Source: the human T2T-CHM13v2.0 reference genome, Homo sapiens
Assembly: GCF_009914755.1 (NCBI RefSeq)
Contig: NC_060925.1
Strand: one strand, 5' to 3'
DNA length: 64,000 nucleotides
The translations under genes were made by a program, and so were the position numbers. Position 1 is the stretch's first letter; the number at the start of each line of letters is the position of its first letter. Positions 15,107-28,110 of this stretch are shown piece after piece. The notes beneath the pieces are model-generated. The model had not been told where the DNA came from, searched no databases, and saw only the letters and a list, made by a program, of their open reading frames with translations.

Positions 15107-15289
15107 ACAGGCTGAGAAATGAGCCAGGGAAGTGCGATGTCCTGGGTCAGTTGTTTCAGCACCATGGAGTGCTCTGATGGACCTTAAAGGACCTTTCTCT
15201 TCATAGTCCCAGGATCGCTCATTTCCCTCTGTCTTCTAGGTAAAATTATCTGGTTAAGAGAAATTTACTCTTGCAAACTTTACATTGTT

Positions 15290-15530
15290 AGCAGGAGTGA
15301 TGGCATGGGCTCTGGAGCCAAACTGCCTGTGTTCCCGTCTTGGTTGCACCACACAAGCTGTGACTTTGGGAGAAGTTACTTAACCTCTGTGCAATGTGCC
15401 TTATCTGTCATGAGAAAAATAATGGTAGCTACTTCATAGGATTGTGGTGAGGACAAATTCAAATTAAAGAAAGTAAAGAGCTTAACATAGTGGCTGGCAC
15501 ATGGTAAGTACTAAAAAGTTAGCTATTATT
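15290..15530. mobile_element. MIR SINE
   Basis: gctgtgactttgggagaagttacttaacctctgtg...ggattgtggtgagga. Confidence 0.75.
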
Positions 15531-16214
15531 ATGGTGGTCAGTATTATTATCTCCCAAGAGCTATTTTGCATAAGATGGAAAAGATTAAGAAGACCTCCTT
15601 CACCCCAGATGCCGGAAAAATTTGTTATATAACCTCATGTGAACTATATGAACTACCCAGACCCCATTCCCATTCTGTAAAATGATGCGATTTGCTTTTT
15701 CCACATTATTAGATTTTATCTTTTTACCAAGAGAAAGTGTCCATGTATTATTTGATAAAATAAATAAAACAATAAAAGAAAATAATAAAATAAAACAAAA
15801 ATGATATAATAAAATAAAAATGAAATTTAAAAAGATTTTACACTAAATGGCCTTTATGGCCCCAATAAGCCCTATCTGTTCCCGGTCTTGGATGCAGGAC
15901 TCGGGGGTGGATAGAGTCAAGATGGGGGTTTGGTAAGAAGTGAGGACTTTGGGGCAGCCTGGAAGAGGACTCAAAAAGAGCACATTGAGCATGTCAAGGC
16001 TTTTAGTTCTTACATTATCTCCCCCACTCCCACTCTCACTTGCCCAATTTATTGTGCTTAGACTCTGGGCACCTCTGAGTCCAGATACAAAGGCACTCCC
16101 CGTCCTCTCCCTTGCTTTGGCCACACTGGCATGATTTTAGCTTCTTGACAACACTGCAGTGCTTCTCTCCCTATAGGCTGTGCCCTCTCTCAGGAACGTG
16201 CAATATCCTTCAGA

Positions 16215-16745
16215 GTCTTACAATTGAAGGGACAAAAACCAAATGAATCCTGTTTAAACAAAAGAAATAAAAAGGGAAGATTATTTTGTTCATTCACCTG
16301 AAAAATCCAGGTGTGCATAGCTTCAGGCATGGCTGGATCCGGGGATTCAAAGAATATTTCAGACTGTGGTCTTCCTGTCTCTTCGGGGTTGGCATCTTTC
16401 ACAGTCACGCTCTCCCTGCAGGTGAGAAATGGCTACACTGGTAGTGTCAGGCTTACATCACTCTGGCTACATGCCCCTCCTCTGCGGTAGTTAACAGCAA
16501 AGTCTCTGGGATGTTTCTCATTGGCTGAGATGGGGTCATCTGCCCACTCCTGAAAGAATCACATAGCCAATGGGTGAAGTTTAGTGAAGGGCCAGGCCTG
16601 GATGGCAGGAGCCAGAGGATAGGCAGCCCTATCTGCTGAACTAAGTGGACATGGAGTTGTTTTCACAGGAAAAATCGAGAGTGGTCCCTGCAGAAGGGGA
16701 GAAGTGGTTCAGGAACAAGTAAACGATTAAACAGAAGCCCACTAC
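16215..16745. mobile_element. Old MaLR LTR (MLT1J/K/L-like)
   Basis: agcttcaggcatggctggatccgggg...ctcattggctgagatggggtca. Confidence 0.55.
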
Positions 16746-16864
16746 ACATTCACCTGGACTCATCCTGCAGGTCTCAGCAAAAGTGCCACTTCTTCAGAGT
16801 GATCTCAGTCAAGGCCCACCAGTCCCTTTCCTCTGCTTTTTAGCTCCCATTTTTCTCACAGCTA

Positions 16865-17060
16865 AAATGTACTGAATGCTAAATATGTACAGACATCGTC
16901 CTAAGAGCTTTACATACATTAATAACTGTAATTATTTCAATATCCCTCTAAGGGATGAGGAAACTGAGGTGCAGAGAGGTTGAGTATTGAGTAACTTGCC
17001 CAAGGGCGCACAGCCAGGAAGTGGCAGAGTTGGTATTCCAGCCCAGGTGGTCACCCTTCA
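16865..17060. mobile_element. MIR SINE
   Basis: gatgaggaaactgagg...gtaacttgcccaagggcgcacagccaggaagtggcagag. Confidence 0.8.
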
Positions 17061-17120
17061 GCCCACACTTTCCCGAAACCACTAGATTTCTCTTTCTAAA
17101 TATCACATGGGTAATCATGA

Positions 17121-17905
17121 ATTTGCATATACACACGCACAAACACACGCGCTCACATAAACACACATTCACACACATCTATTCTCACATAAACACTCTC
17201 AAAATACATACGCATGCATTTACACACAAATATATTTTGCACGCATACACAAACACAAATATGCATACACTCACCAAAAACATTTTCACACACACATACT
17301 CATACATGCATTTGCTCACAGATACACACTACACACACACTCACATAGATACCTTCACATACTCCCATTTATACACACAATCACAAACATGCACTCATAT
17401 AAACACTCCCATGTCACACACTCATACCTGCATACATACACATAGTCACACTGTCATGCACTTTTGCACATACACGTGCACTCACACATGTACACTCAAA
17501 TACATATTTTCTTACACTCACAAAACATTCACGTGCACTCATAAATGTATTCACTCGCACATCTGCACACATATGCACTCAAATAGACATTCATATGCAC
17601 ATTCAAAAACATACATGCATTCACACACACATACACATCCATTTGCATGCACTCACGCAAATATTCTCAAAAACATACACATTCATGCACATTTTCACTC
17701 ATACACACACATACATATGCACTCATATAAACATTCTGACATTCTCATCTGCTCGAATTCACACACTCTCACATGCACACACACATGAGCCCAGGAGTTC
17801 AAGCCTGCAATGAGCTGTGATTGCTCCACTGCACTCCACACACATGCACAGACACACATATATGAAGTCACATTTGTGCACACACTCAAACACTCACGCA
17901 CACAA
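17121..17905 (+). repeat. Degenerate (CA/CAT)-rich low-complexity tract, about 780 bp
   Basis: Directly visible; explains the His/Thr-rich 255-aa ORF. Confidence 0.93.
17786..17838 (+). mobile_element. 53-bp internal Alu (J/FLAM-like) fragment
   Basis: tgagcccaggagttcaagcctgcaatgagctgtgattgctccactgcactcca. Confidence 0.85.
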
Positions 17906-18809
17906 ATTTGAGTGGTTAATTGTTCAATGCCTGCCTCTGCACTCTGCATAAACCCCTTGAAGACAGGACCCTATCTCTCTCATTCGTCGTGTCCCCAGAA
18001 CCTGTCACAGTGCAGAGTAGGAGTTGGTGCCCTCATTTTTCCAATGGGAATAACGAGTCCAGCTCAACCAGCTCTCTCTATAAGGGGGATTTGGAGAGCT
18101 TACAAAAAGACCCGTTTCTCCTCTTCCCCTTCTCCCTCTTCACATCCCACTCTACCTTCCTAAGCTAATTAAATGATACCATGGAACATATTTCATTTAC
18201 ATTTGGCTCAAAGGGCCAGGGAGTGCCAGTGTGTGCTCATTAGACAGCTCTGCGTAGAGGGATGTAATGAGCCGGTTTTATTATAGTCGTCATCTCAGCC
18301 CATCCTGTGAGACGATCTTGTAGTCACTGGGGAGAAAGAGAACCACAAACCTGAGAGCCTGGGTTTCAGGGCTGAGGAGTGGGAGGAGGACCCAACTTGG
18401 GGAAAGCCTTAGGCTGCCCTGGGCCCTGGGCTCTGGCTGGGGCAGGAGGGAGGAGGAGGTGAGCCTGGGCCCAGGTGGCCCCTGTTACTGTCTCCCTAAA
18501 TGTAAGTCTCAGAACTCCACACTGGCTTTGACTAGAGCCACAGCTGAGGGTCCCAACCTAGGGGCCCAGAACTCCTGGGGGTGCTAACCTCAGGGGTCCC
18601 CAGATTTAATTGTGTATCATATGCTGTTTGCAGCTGGAAGAATTGACCTGGTACATAGCAAAGCACCACTTTATGATCTGCATGTACTACAGAAACAGAA
18701 ACAACACTGAGAAGCATTTCTGCATCCCTGGTGGCATTTGTCCATTGGGTATTTCCTCTGTCGTTGGGATCTAATAGCAGCGATTAGAGCAATGATATAA
18801 TAATAGCAG

Positions 18810-19350
18810 CCATCATTCCTTGAGTATCTACTGTGTGCTGGGGACCTGGGCTTAGCGATTTACCTGGATTATTTCATTCAATCCTCAAACCACCCCTCAA
18901 GGGTAGGTATTATGTTATCATCCCTACTTTATGGATGAGGAAATTGTGGCTCAGAGAATTAAGTGACGTGTTCAGAGACATGCAGCTGGATTGTGGTGAA
19001 CTGGGGATTTGATCTTAGGTCTGCCCAACACCACAGTCCTCTCCACTGCTCTCTGCTACCTCCAGTTTACAAGGACAGTTCATAGCATGGGGTTCCAACA
19101 CTTTTAGTAATGTTAAATTGAAAAAATCTGGCCTCGCACTCCAAATGTTCTGAGTTTAATTAAGGGCTTTCTGTGTGCCCAGCTCTGTTCCAGAACTTTA
19201 CAAATATTACCTCACTTAATCCACACAAAGACTCCGTGAGGGAGGTAGTATTTATTACCCCCATTTTACAGATGAGGAAACCAAGGCACAGAAATCTTTG
19301 GTTAATTCCTCAAGTCACAGAGCTGGTGTTGAATTGATTGGGCTGGAATT
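18810..19350. mobile_element. Two adjacent MIR SINEs
   Basis: Two MIR cores (gatgaggaaattgtggctcagaga; cccattttacagatgaggaaaccaaggcacaga). Confidence 0.75.
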
Positions 19351-19482
19351 GGGTCTGGCGGCTGGGTGCACAAGTCCACACCTTACCCAACTCTACCCTC
19401 ATGGAGCTGGGCTATGGTTCCACAAATCAGTTTCCTACTGCAAAAAATTACCAAAAACTTAGTGGCTTCAACATTACAAACT

Positions 19483-20071
<589 letters not shown>

Positions 20072-21379
20072 CAAAGTGTCTGCAAGGTTGTGTCCCTTCT
20101 GGAGGCCTCCTGGGGAGAACACACTTCCTCGCCTGCTCCAGCTCCTAGAGGCCACCTGGATTCTTAGGCTTGTGGTCCCTTCCTCCACCTCAAAGCCAGC
20201 CAGCATCGGCAGCTCAAGTCCTTCTCACACCACATCACTCCAACCTCCTCCTCTGCCTTCTTCCACTTTAAGGACCCTCGTGATTACATGGGGCCCACCT
20301 GGATAATCCAAGGTAATTCCTCTATTTTTAAGATCTGCTAAATAGCAACCTTAATTCCATGTGCAGCTTTATTTTCATTTGCCATGTAATGTAAAGTAAC
20401 ATTCCAGGAATTAGGAAGTGGACCTCTTTAGGTGCCACTATTCTGCCCACCTTAATTGAATAACAATTATTTTGGGGGAGCACTTGCTCCATTTCAGGCA
20501 CCACTTGCAGAGGCTTTACTCATATCACTCATTTAACCCCACAAAAAACAAATGAGGGAGTGTTGACCACTCCCACTTTACAGATAGGAAGACTGAGGCT
20601 CAGGAGACAGAGGGGCTGCCAGGATTCTCCCAGGGCCAGCCCAGGTCTGGTGTTCCTCTGGGGGCTGACAGGTCTGACTCCAGAGCCCACTCTCCTCCCT
20701 GCAATGTGTTTGAGAATGGAGTACGGCTTTAATTCATTTCTGATCAGATTTGAGATCTCACCTACATCAGACCTGGGGATGCCAGAGATACCTTCAGGAG
20801 AGAGTGGAGCAGGCTGGGTCATCCCTGGGCACAGTCATAATACCTCTTGCTCACTCCCACCATGGTGGTCAGCGCCAGCCCCCACCCAGTCATCTGTGCT
20901 AACGAGGCCAGCACCTCTGCCAGTCCCGCCTCAATTTATTAGAAATCAGGCACATCGCAGCCTTCTGCTGACCCCTTAGATCGCAGCAGAGCTTTGGGCC
21001 CCAGAGACCCCTTACTCTGCCAAGGGGCTTTTCCAACTGCTGGAATTGTTAACCCATTGTTAGTGGATTTATTAACCCATTAGCAGGGAAGCGGCTGCCT
21101 TCTAACACCCCCTGGATGTATGAACTACCTGTGCTGATGTCCTGGCACACGATGGCCAGGCCAGCCCTGGCGGTGGAGCCTTTGTTTCTCTTTCCTGACC
21201 CACATTGAAAGTGGAATCTTTGAGACCGACAGCGTCAGCTCTCCCTGAGGGCAGAGAGACATGTGCAGGGAGGGGACTTGGAGGAAAGCTAGGGGGACAC
21301 AGAAAAGGTGGTCTGGGCAGGGAAAGGGAGACCTCAAATGGAATAGAGGGGAGAACTCAACTCTCCTGAGCCCTGCTAT

Positions 21380-21560
21380 GTGCCAGAAATTTATATACAT
21401 TCCTCGTCCAAGCCTCATCACCTCGGTAGAAAGCTGTCACTCATCCTATTATGGGACTTTGCCAAGTGAGCAGATGAGGAAGTGGAGGCCTGGAGAGGTC
21501 AAGTGACCTGCCCAAGGTCACACACCGTGGCTATCACAAAGCAGGGATTCAAATCCAGGC
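21380..21560. mobile_element. MIR SINE
   Basis: cagatgaggaagtggagg...gaggtcaagtgacctgcccaaggtcacac. Confidence 0.7.
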
Positions 21561-24500
21561 CCCTGATGAGCCCTAAGTCCATCTTCTTCCTCCCAACCAC
21601 CCTGTCTAGACACTTTTCACTTCATGGGAGTCCTCATGGCTCCTTCCACTTTGGCTGACCTCACCCCAAAACTCCCACAAAGCCACCAGGCAGTTCCCTG
21701 GTAAAGAGAAGCCTCAAGAAGTCCCTGCCTTCAAGGGGGAGGGCCTGGAAGATCCCTCCTGAGAAGCAAACGTTTTCCAGCAGAGCAAATCACTGAGACC
21801 TCTTAGTAATCGCAGGTGCTGACGGCTGCCCTCCTTCCCCTGGAGGTTTGTAAATCAAACCTTACACCTGGATTCACATAACTCTGTCAGGGGATAAGTA
21901 AGGCAGGAAGCAGGGGAGACACGCAGGGAGAGGAGCAGCTGCCCAAGCTGGGCCCTGGGGGGCTTCAGGGATGAAGGTGAGGGCACAGTGTGGCTGCTGA
22001 GGGACCACTGCTTCCACTTGCTGCCCCAGGGGATTGAGCCAGGGGCTTCCTGGGGGTCCCTGCCAGCACCAATATCTGCCAGTCCCAATTGACCAGCCCA
22101 ATCAATTTCACCCTGGCCCAGTGCCTAGGGACAGTTGGGGCAAAGGGTCTGGGCTCAGGGGTGGAGCTGGAGAAGAGGCTTGGAGTCTTCAGCAGCTCTG
22201 AGCTAAGCCCTGGGTAGAGCATTTGGTGGGGCAGAGGGAGCTGACAGTAGCAGAGGACAGGACAAGATGCGGGTGCCCAGCATGGGCCCTGGGCTCAGCA
22301 CCCTGGGCTAGGAGTCCAGGCCTGGTCAGTTCTGGGTCTGCTGTGGACTTGCTGTGTGACGTTGGGCAAGTCACATGGCCTCTCTGGGCCTCAGCTGCCT
22401 CATCTGCAAAGTGAGGCACTCTTTTGCAGGGACATCAAAGAGGCAAGACCTGGTTGGGAAGAGCAGCCAGGAACACAGGGGCAGAACCTGGCCCTGCTTC
22501 ACCTTCCTCCTCTGCCCCCATCCTCCTGGTGACTGGCCAGATCCTGGTGTCCCCACCCATGAAAGCCCAGTTGATTGGCAGAGGTGAGGCCTTTGTGCAA
22601 ATGAAGCTGCTTCCTTCCCTCCTCCTCTTTCTCCCCAAGGCCACCATCACCAGGGCTTCCCACAGGCTGACTGGAGTTTCCCGGGTCGGGGCTGAGCCTT
22701 GTAAAACATTTGACTTCTCATCTGCACGCACAGCAGCTCAGCTGTTTCCCCAGGGATCCATGCTGTCCCCCAGCCCTGTTTTGGTCCTCGTGCCCCCTGG
22801 AAGAGCAGCCCTCGGCTTCCTCTTTCTGGCCAGTTATGTGACTTTGGGTGGGTCCCTTCACCTCTGAGCCTCAGTCTCCTCCCGTGTTAAATGGGAATAA
22901 AAGCGCCTACCTCATGGATGTGTCCTGTTTACTTACACATTCTTGTAATCCTCCAAGAAATATTGAATATTTCCTGCGCATCTCCTGTGTGCCAGGCCCT
23001 GGTCTGTGTGTGAGGACGGTTATGGAGGTGGGCAGTGGAGACGGGGCCCTGCCCTGGTGGGGCTCCCTCGGGGTGAGTGGCAGGTGCCTGTAGCAGGGAG
23101 CTGGCTGGGAAGTTGTTTGTCAGTGGCCAAGAGCCACACCGGTGCAGATTGCGTGGGTGACACACCCAAGGTCACACGGTGGGTCAGTGGCAGAACCGAG
23201 GCTAGGCTGGCCCTGGAGCAAACACTGGCCACAGCCTGGGAGGGGACTTACCGTGTGGATTCCTAGACCCACAGCCCAGCGAGGTCACCCCCTCCCATAG
23301 GGACATCAGGTACCGACACCCAGCACCAGCTCACGGGTGAGGCTGAGCCCACCTGGTTCCTCTTGTCTTCTCGGGCCCAGCGAAGAGCTCTTGGGCCGTA
23401 TGAGTGAGGATCACCTGATCACATACCTTCCCTTAACAGATAGCCCTCAGCGTCCTCTTCTGAGTTCACTGTCCTCCCCGTTCAGTCCACTCGGGGAGGT
23501 AAGGAGACACACCTCGTAATCAGAATGCTGCCTCCGCTCTGTCCCCTCAAGGAGGTCTGAAGAGCTGAGGTCCAGTGAGAAGCTCATCCACCATCTTCAG
23601 GGAGGCCTCAGGTCGGGGGGACAGTCCTGATTTTGGGAGCCCCCAGTCTGGAGAAGACACACGCCTGCTCTCAGGAGCCTCTAGGGGGTGAAGTCAGAGA
23701 CCTGCCCAAGGAGGCCCCTCTGACTAGGGCGGGCAGGCAGCCCCGCCAGTAGAGTCCAGTCTGCTGGGGAGACCTAGACCTCATCAGGACCAGGAGACGT
23801 CGGGGGAGGCCAGACACTGCCGGGGAGACCCCAGTCCCTGCAGACTCAGAGACCTGAGCTCACATTGTCCAGACAGACTCAAGGTGGCCCCTCTCCCGCG
23901 TGGCCAGCCCCCTCCCTGAGGCAGAGGGGCAGCTTGGGGAGGTGGGGCTCCCAGATGGTGGAGCCTGGGGCTGAACTGCCAAGAGCATCCATCTCCATGG
24001 AGGCCCAGACCCCGTCAGTGTCCTTCTTGGCCTGGTGGTGGAAGGAGGGAGCCCGGATCCCAGCCTCGCGGTGCCCACAGCCTCCCGTGGTGCCATGGAC
24101 GGGTCCCTGCCTACTCTGAGCCCATCTCCTTGACTGTGGCTCTGATGCTGCCTCCACACTGGGATCTCTCTGCTCTCTTCACCTCATACCTCCTTCCCCC
24201 CACCTCACCCCATCGCCCCCGTTCTTGATCCTGCAATTGTAGAAACAGAAAGTTGGCTGATTTCTTGGGCCCGCAAATTGCCCAACAGGGAGACTGGGTG
24301 GGCGGCCCCCGCTTCCACTCCATCGCCCACCCTGATGCATCGTCTGACACTTTCAATTTATTTTTCAATTCCTCTACCATCAGAAATGACGATTAGATTT
24401 CCAGCATAAATACCGCCTTACCAAACTGAATTAATCACGGCAAGGAGGGGCACACACAGGCTCCAGCAGCCTGGGCAGAACATCCCCAGCATTAACCCTT

Positions 24501-24942
24501 CCGTCCTCACCCAGGCCCCCACCAGCAGGACGGAGGCTCCAGGCCTCACAGAAGACGCCACTCAAAATATCACTGGGGTCACCTAATCCCATCCCCCTTA
24601 CCCTTTGCAGCCTCCCTCCTGTGGGAGTTCCTAGGAAGTGTCTTGCCCAAAGCCATCCACTCCATCAGGGCAGAGTCAGAGACACTGGCCCCTCATCTCC
24701 AGCCCCATCAGGGAAGGAGGCTCCATCCACATCCAGGACAAGATGTGGGAGTATCCGGGGTTTGGCGTTGTCCAGGACACATACGGGACGGGACTCCTGC
24801 AGACCCGAGGGTGGGGGCACCCAGTGATCACAGGGCCTGAACTGAAAGGGGTCTTGGAGAGACCTGGAGGCAGGTTCCAACCCTTGCCCCACAAACAAGA
24901 CCATCACCCCTCTTTGCTGAGACTGTTCATTGCTCAGTCCAA

Positions 24943-25447
24943 CAACCACAGCTCAGGTTGACCTCCAGCCTCCCCACTTCTCCACCTCCCTGACTCCAAC
25001 CACAGCTCAGGGTGACCTCCAGCCTCCCCACTTCTCCACCTCCCTGACTCCAACCACAGCTCAGGGTGACCTCCAGCCTCCCCAACTTCTCCACCTCCCT
25101 GACTCCAACCACAGCTCAGGGTGACCTCCAGCCTCCCCAGCTTCTCCACATCCCTGACTCCAACCACAGCTCAGGGTGACCTCCAGCCTCCCCACTTCTC
25201 CACCTCCCTGACTCCAACCACAGCTCAGGGTGACCTCCAGCCTCCCCAACTTCTCCACCTCCCTGACTCCAACCACAGCTCAGGGTGACCTCCAGCCTCC
25301 CCAACTTCTCCACCTCCCTGACTCCAACCACAGCTCAGGGTGACCTCCAGCCTCCCCACTTCTCCACCTCCCTGACTCCAACCACAGCTCAGGGTGACAT
25401 CCAGCCTCCCCACTTCTCCACCTCCCTGACTCCAGCCACAGCTCAGG
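24943..25447 (+). repeat. VNTR, 54/55-bp unit, 9 copies plus 15 bp
   Basis: Unit caaccacagctcagggtgacctccagcctcccc(a)acttctccacctccctgactc; starts at 24943, 24997, 25051, 25106, 25161, 25215, 25270, 25325, 25379, 25433. Confidence 0.98.
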
Positions 25448-27954
25448 CTCCTTCCTATGAGACCCCCATGGCCTCTCACAGCCTCTCCACTTCTATGCCT
25501 GTTCTCACCCAATCCCCATCCCTCAGCAGTCATCACCTCAAAATGCAAACACTGTCCTATGGTTTCCTGGCTCAGAACCCATCGGGCCCTCCTCTGCTCT
25601 CAAATCAGGCCCCCACCCTTCAAGGCCATGAGGACTGGGCTGGCCTGGCCCCTACCGGTCAGTGCACTCCCCCATCCTGGCTGGGTTGTCTCCTCTTTCT
25701 CCTTCAAGTTTTTCTATTTAAAATTCCCCTCCTCAGAGAACCTTCTCTGGCCACCATCCCCCAATCTAAATTAGGTTCTCCCTCCTAAGGTTCTTTCTCA
25801 AATCCATTTCCTTTCCTTCTGAGCACTTAAGCGAGCGATAATTACACACTAACTTGTGTAATTTGTTTAATAGGATCTTTGGGACAGAGACTTTATCTGA
25901 CTCGCTTGATGCTGCAGCTGCTAGAACCCAGACCGTAATGTAGTGGGAGCTCAGTGCAGACTTTTGAAGGAGTAAGTGAGTAAAAGAACAACAAGCCCCT
26001 CTTGGTGCCCACCAAGTGCCAAGCTGAGACTGGGCCCTGGAGCTGGAGTCAAGATGTGGACCTGGCCTTGGTGTGCTGGGCCCTAACAGATGAGTAGGAG
26101 TTTGCCGAGCACTGAAGGTGGGGTTGACATGACCAACTTCTGAGAGGCACTCTTTGCCTCTGGATGGCCCCTTCCCAGTCACCCCAAAAGGAAGCCCTTG
26201 CCCTTTCAAAAGTGGTGAATGTGGTGGTTCAGATCGGTAGGTGTTCCTATGAATAGGTGAGGGGCCAGGCTTCAGGTCAGTTGAACCTGGGTTTGAATCC
26301 TGATTTTGCTCTTGGTACTAGGGCAGGTCACTGAGACGCTCTGAGCCTCTCTGCTCCAGGATGAGGATCCCTTCATCCATGCTCACTCAAAGTCCTGCCC
26401 ACCAGGATGGAGGCAGACAGGCTGCAATGCCCTCCCCTCTCAGTGGGGGAAAAATACCAGGTCAGGCAGCCAGCAGCCGAGAATGCCAGGCAGAGCAAAG
26501 GTGTCCTAAGGGATGGACAGAATAAGGGCTTGAGAGCCTAGCCAAGGGTGAGGCTAGGAGAGGCTTCCCGGAGGACGAGGCAAGTCAGAGCTCTTTGCCT
26601 CTTACTCCCATGACTGTGGGTGCCTTTCTCCTCCTCCTCTCATTCTCTCTCCTTTCCAGCTCCTGCTCTGCTCATTTCTTCACCTCAGTCTCTCTGCCCC
26701 GACAGGAGCCCTGAGGGACACAACCCCGTCCCGAGGAATGTATCTGCCCACTTCCAGCAGGTTCCTGGAGGCCCTCTAAATTCCCCTTCCCCCCAAAGTC
26801 ATCTCCCAACACTGCTGCTCCCAGGGTGGGACGCCTGCTGCTGCACCTCCACACACGTGCACACACCCAGCCAGGTGCAGACAGCGTGGGCAGTGCAGAG
26901 GGGAGGGCTGGGGATTAAGGAGTTCGTGTTCTTGAGCAGCCTGGAAAGCAGCAGGGCTTCCACAGGAGCCGCCCCTGCCCTCACCCCTGCCCAGTAGGGT
27001 TAAGGGGCTGGCTTAGATGTCACCCCAAGCCAAGGCTGTCCTTCTCAGAGGCTCCTTCCCAGCTCCCCTGAGTGGGTCAGTCCCTTCCCCTCTCTGAGCC
27101 CCTCTTTCCTCTTCTGTAAAGCAGACTCAGTGATGTTGCTCAGAGGATTGAAGGACAAAGAAAAGCAACACAATGGACAGCAGGGATTTGCAAACAGCCG
27201 GGTGCTGTACCCAAGACAGGGTATTGCTGGTGATGTCTGATGGATGGGGAGTTGAAAGACTCAGCTGTCACTGGGCAGCTGGGTCTGGTTCCCCTGAGTC
27301 ATTCGTAATTCACCAACCCAGTCTATAGAAGCTTATTAAGCACTTATTGTGTGCCATGCTCCATGCAAGGGCCAAAGACACCATGAGCAGAGCCAGACCC
27401 CACCCTCAGGTTCCCCCATGGGATGGGGTTAGCCAGATGACCTGAAGGCCTCTCCAGCCAGCTCAACCCCCTTAATCCAGAATTACTCCCTGTGCCAGGC
27501 TGACGGTGTGGCCAGAGAGGCCAGGGCCTGGGAGGGGGCCTGGCAGTGGGTGGTGGGAAGAGATGGAGTGGCTGTGTCAGGGGAAGGAGAGAGCAGGTTG
27601 TTCCTGTACAGGTTTCGCTCCTCGGATAGGGGGCTGCAATGACAGCTTCCAGGAAAGACCAGGCAAGTGCCTCACCCCATCCATTCTTGCTCACCCCTGC
27701 GGCCTCTTGGCCAATGGCTGCTGTGACCCTGTCCTCCTCTGGGAATCTGGTCTCGGGGAGGAGCCCTGGACCCTGACATTGACTAGAAACCTGACCCCAT
27801 GTCTGAGCAGACAGCTCCCATCTCTCTGTGAGCAGATGGGGAAACTGAGGACAGGGCGGAGAGCGGCTTGCCTGTGGCCACACAGTGACTGATGATGATT
27901 GGTTCCTGCTCATCTCGTGCTTCTGATGAAGAAACTTGAAATCATAATCCTAAT

Positions 27955-28110
27955 AATAATCAGCACATGGGCATGTGCTGTGTGCCAGGCACGCACTGAG
28001 CACTTTACAGGTGAGATTTCATATCACCCTCACAACCCCCCTATGGGGTGGATGCCACGCTTGGCCCCATTTTACAGATGAGGAAACTGAGGTGCAGAGG
28101 GAGAAGGGGC
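27955..28110. mobile_element. MIR SINE
   Basis: tgtgccaggcac...ccccattttacagatgaggaaactgagg. Confidence 0.8.

Noticed and set aside
17021-17788. 255-aa His/Thr-rich ORF
   Set aside because: Translation of a CA-rich low-complexity tract, starting in a MIR and without an ATG start
21496-21520. AGGTCAagTGACCT...CCAAGGTCA nuclear-receptor cluster
   Set aside because: Only small changes from the MIR core consensus, common genome-wide; spacing is IR2, not an ERE
24943-25447. CRISPR-like or mucin-like coding repeat
   Set aside because: No unique spacers and a eukaryotic context; 55-bp units break the reading frame
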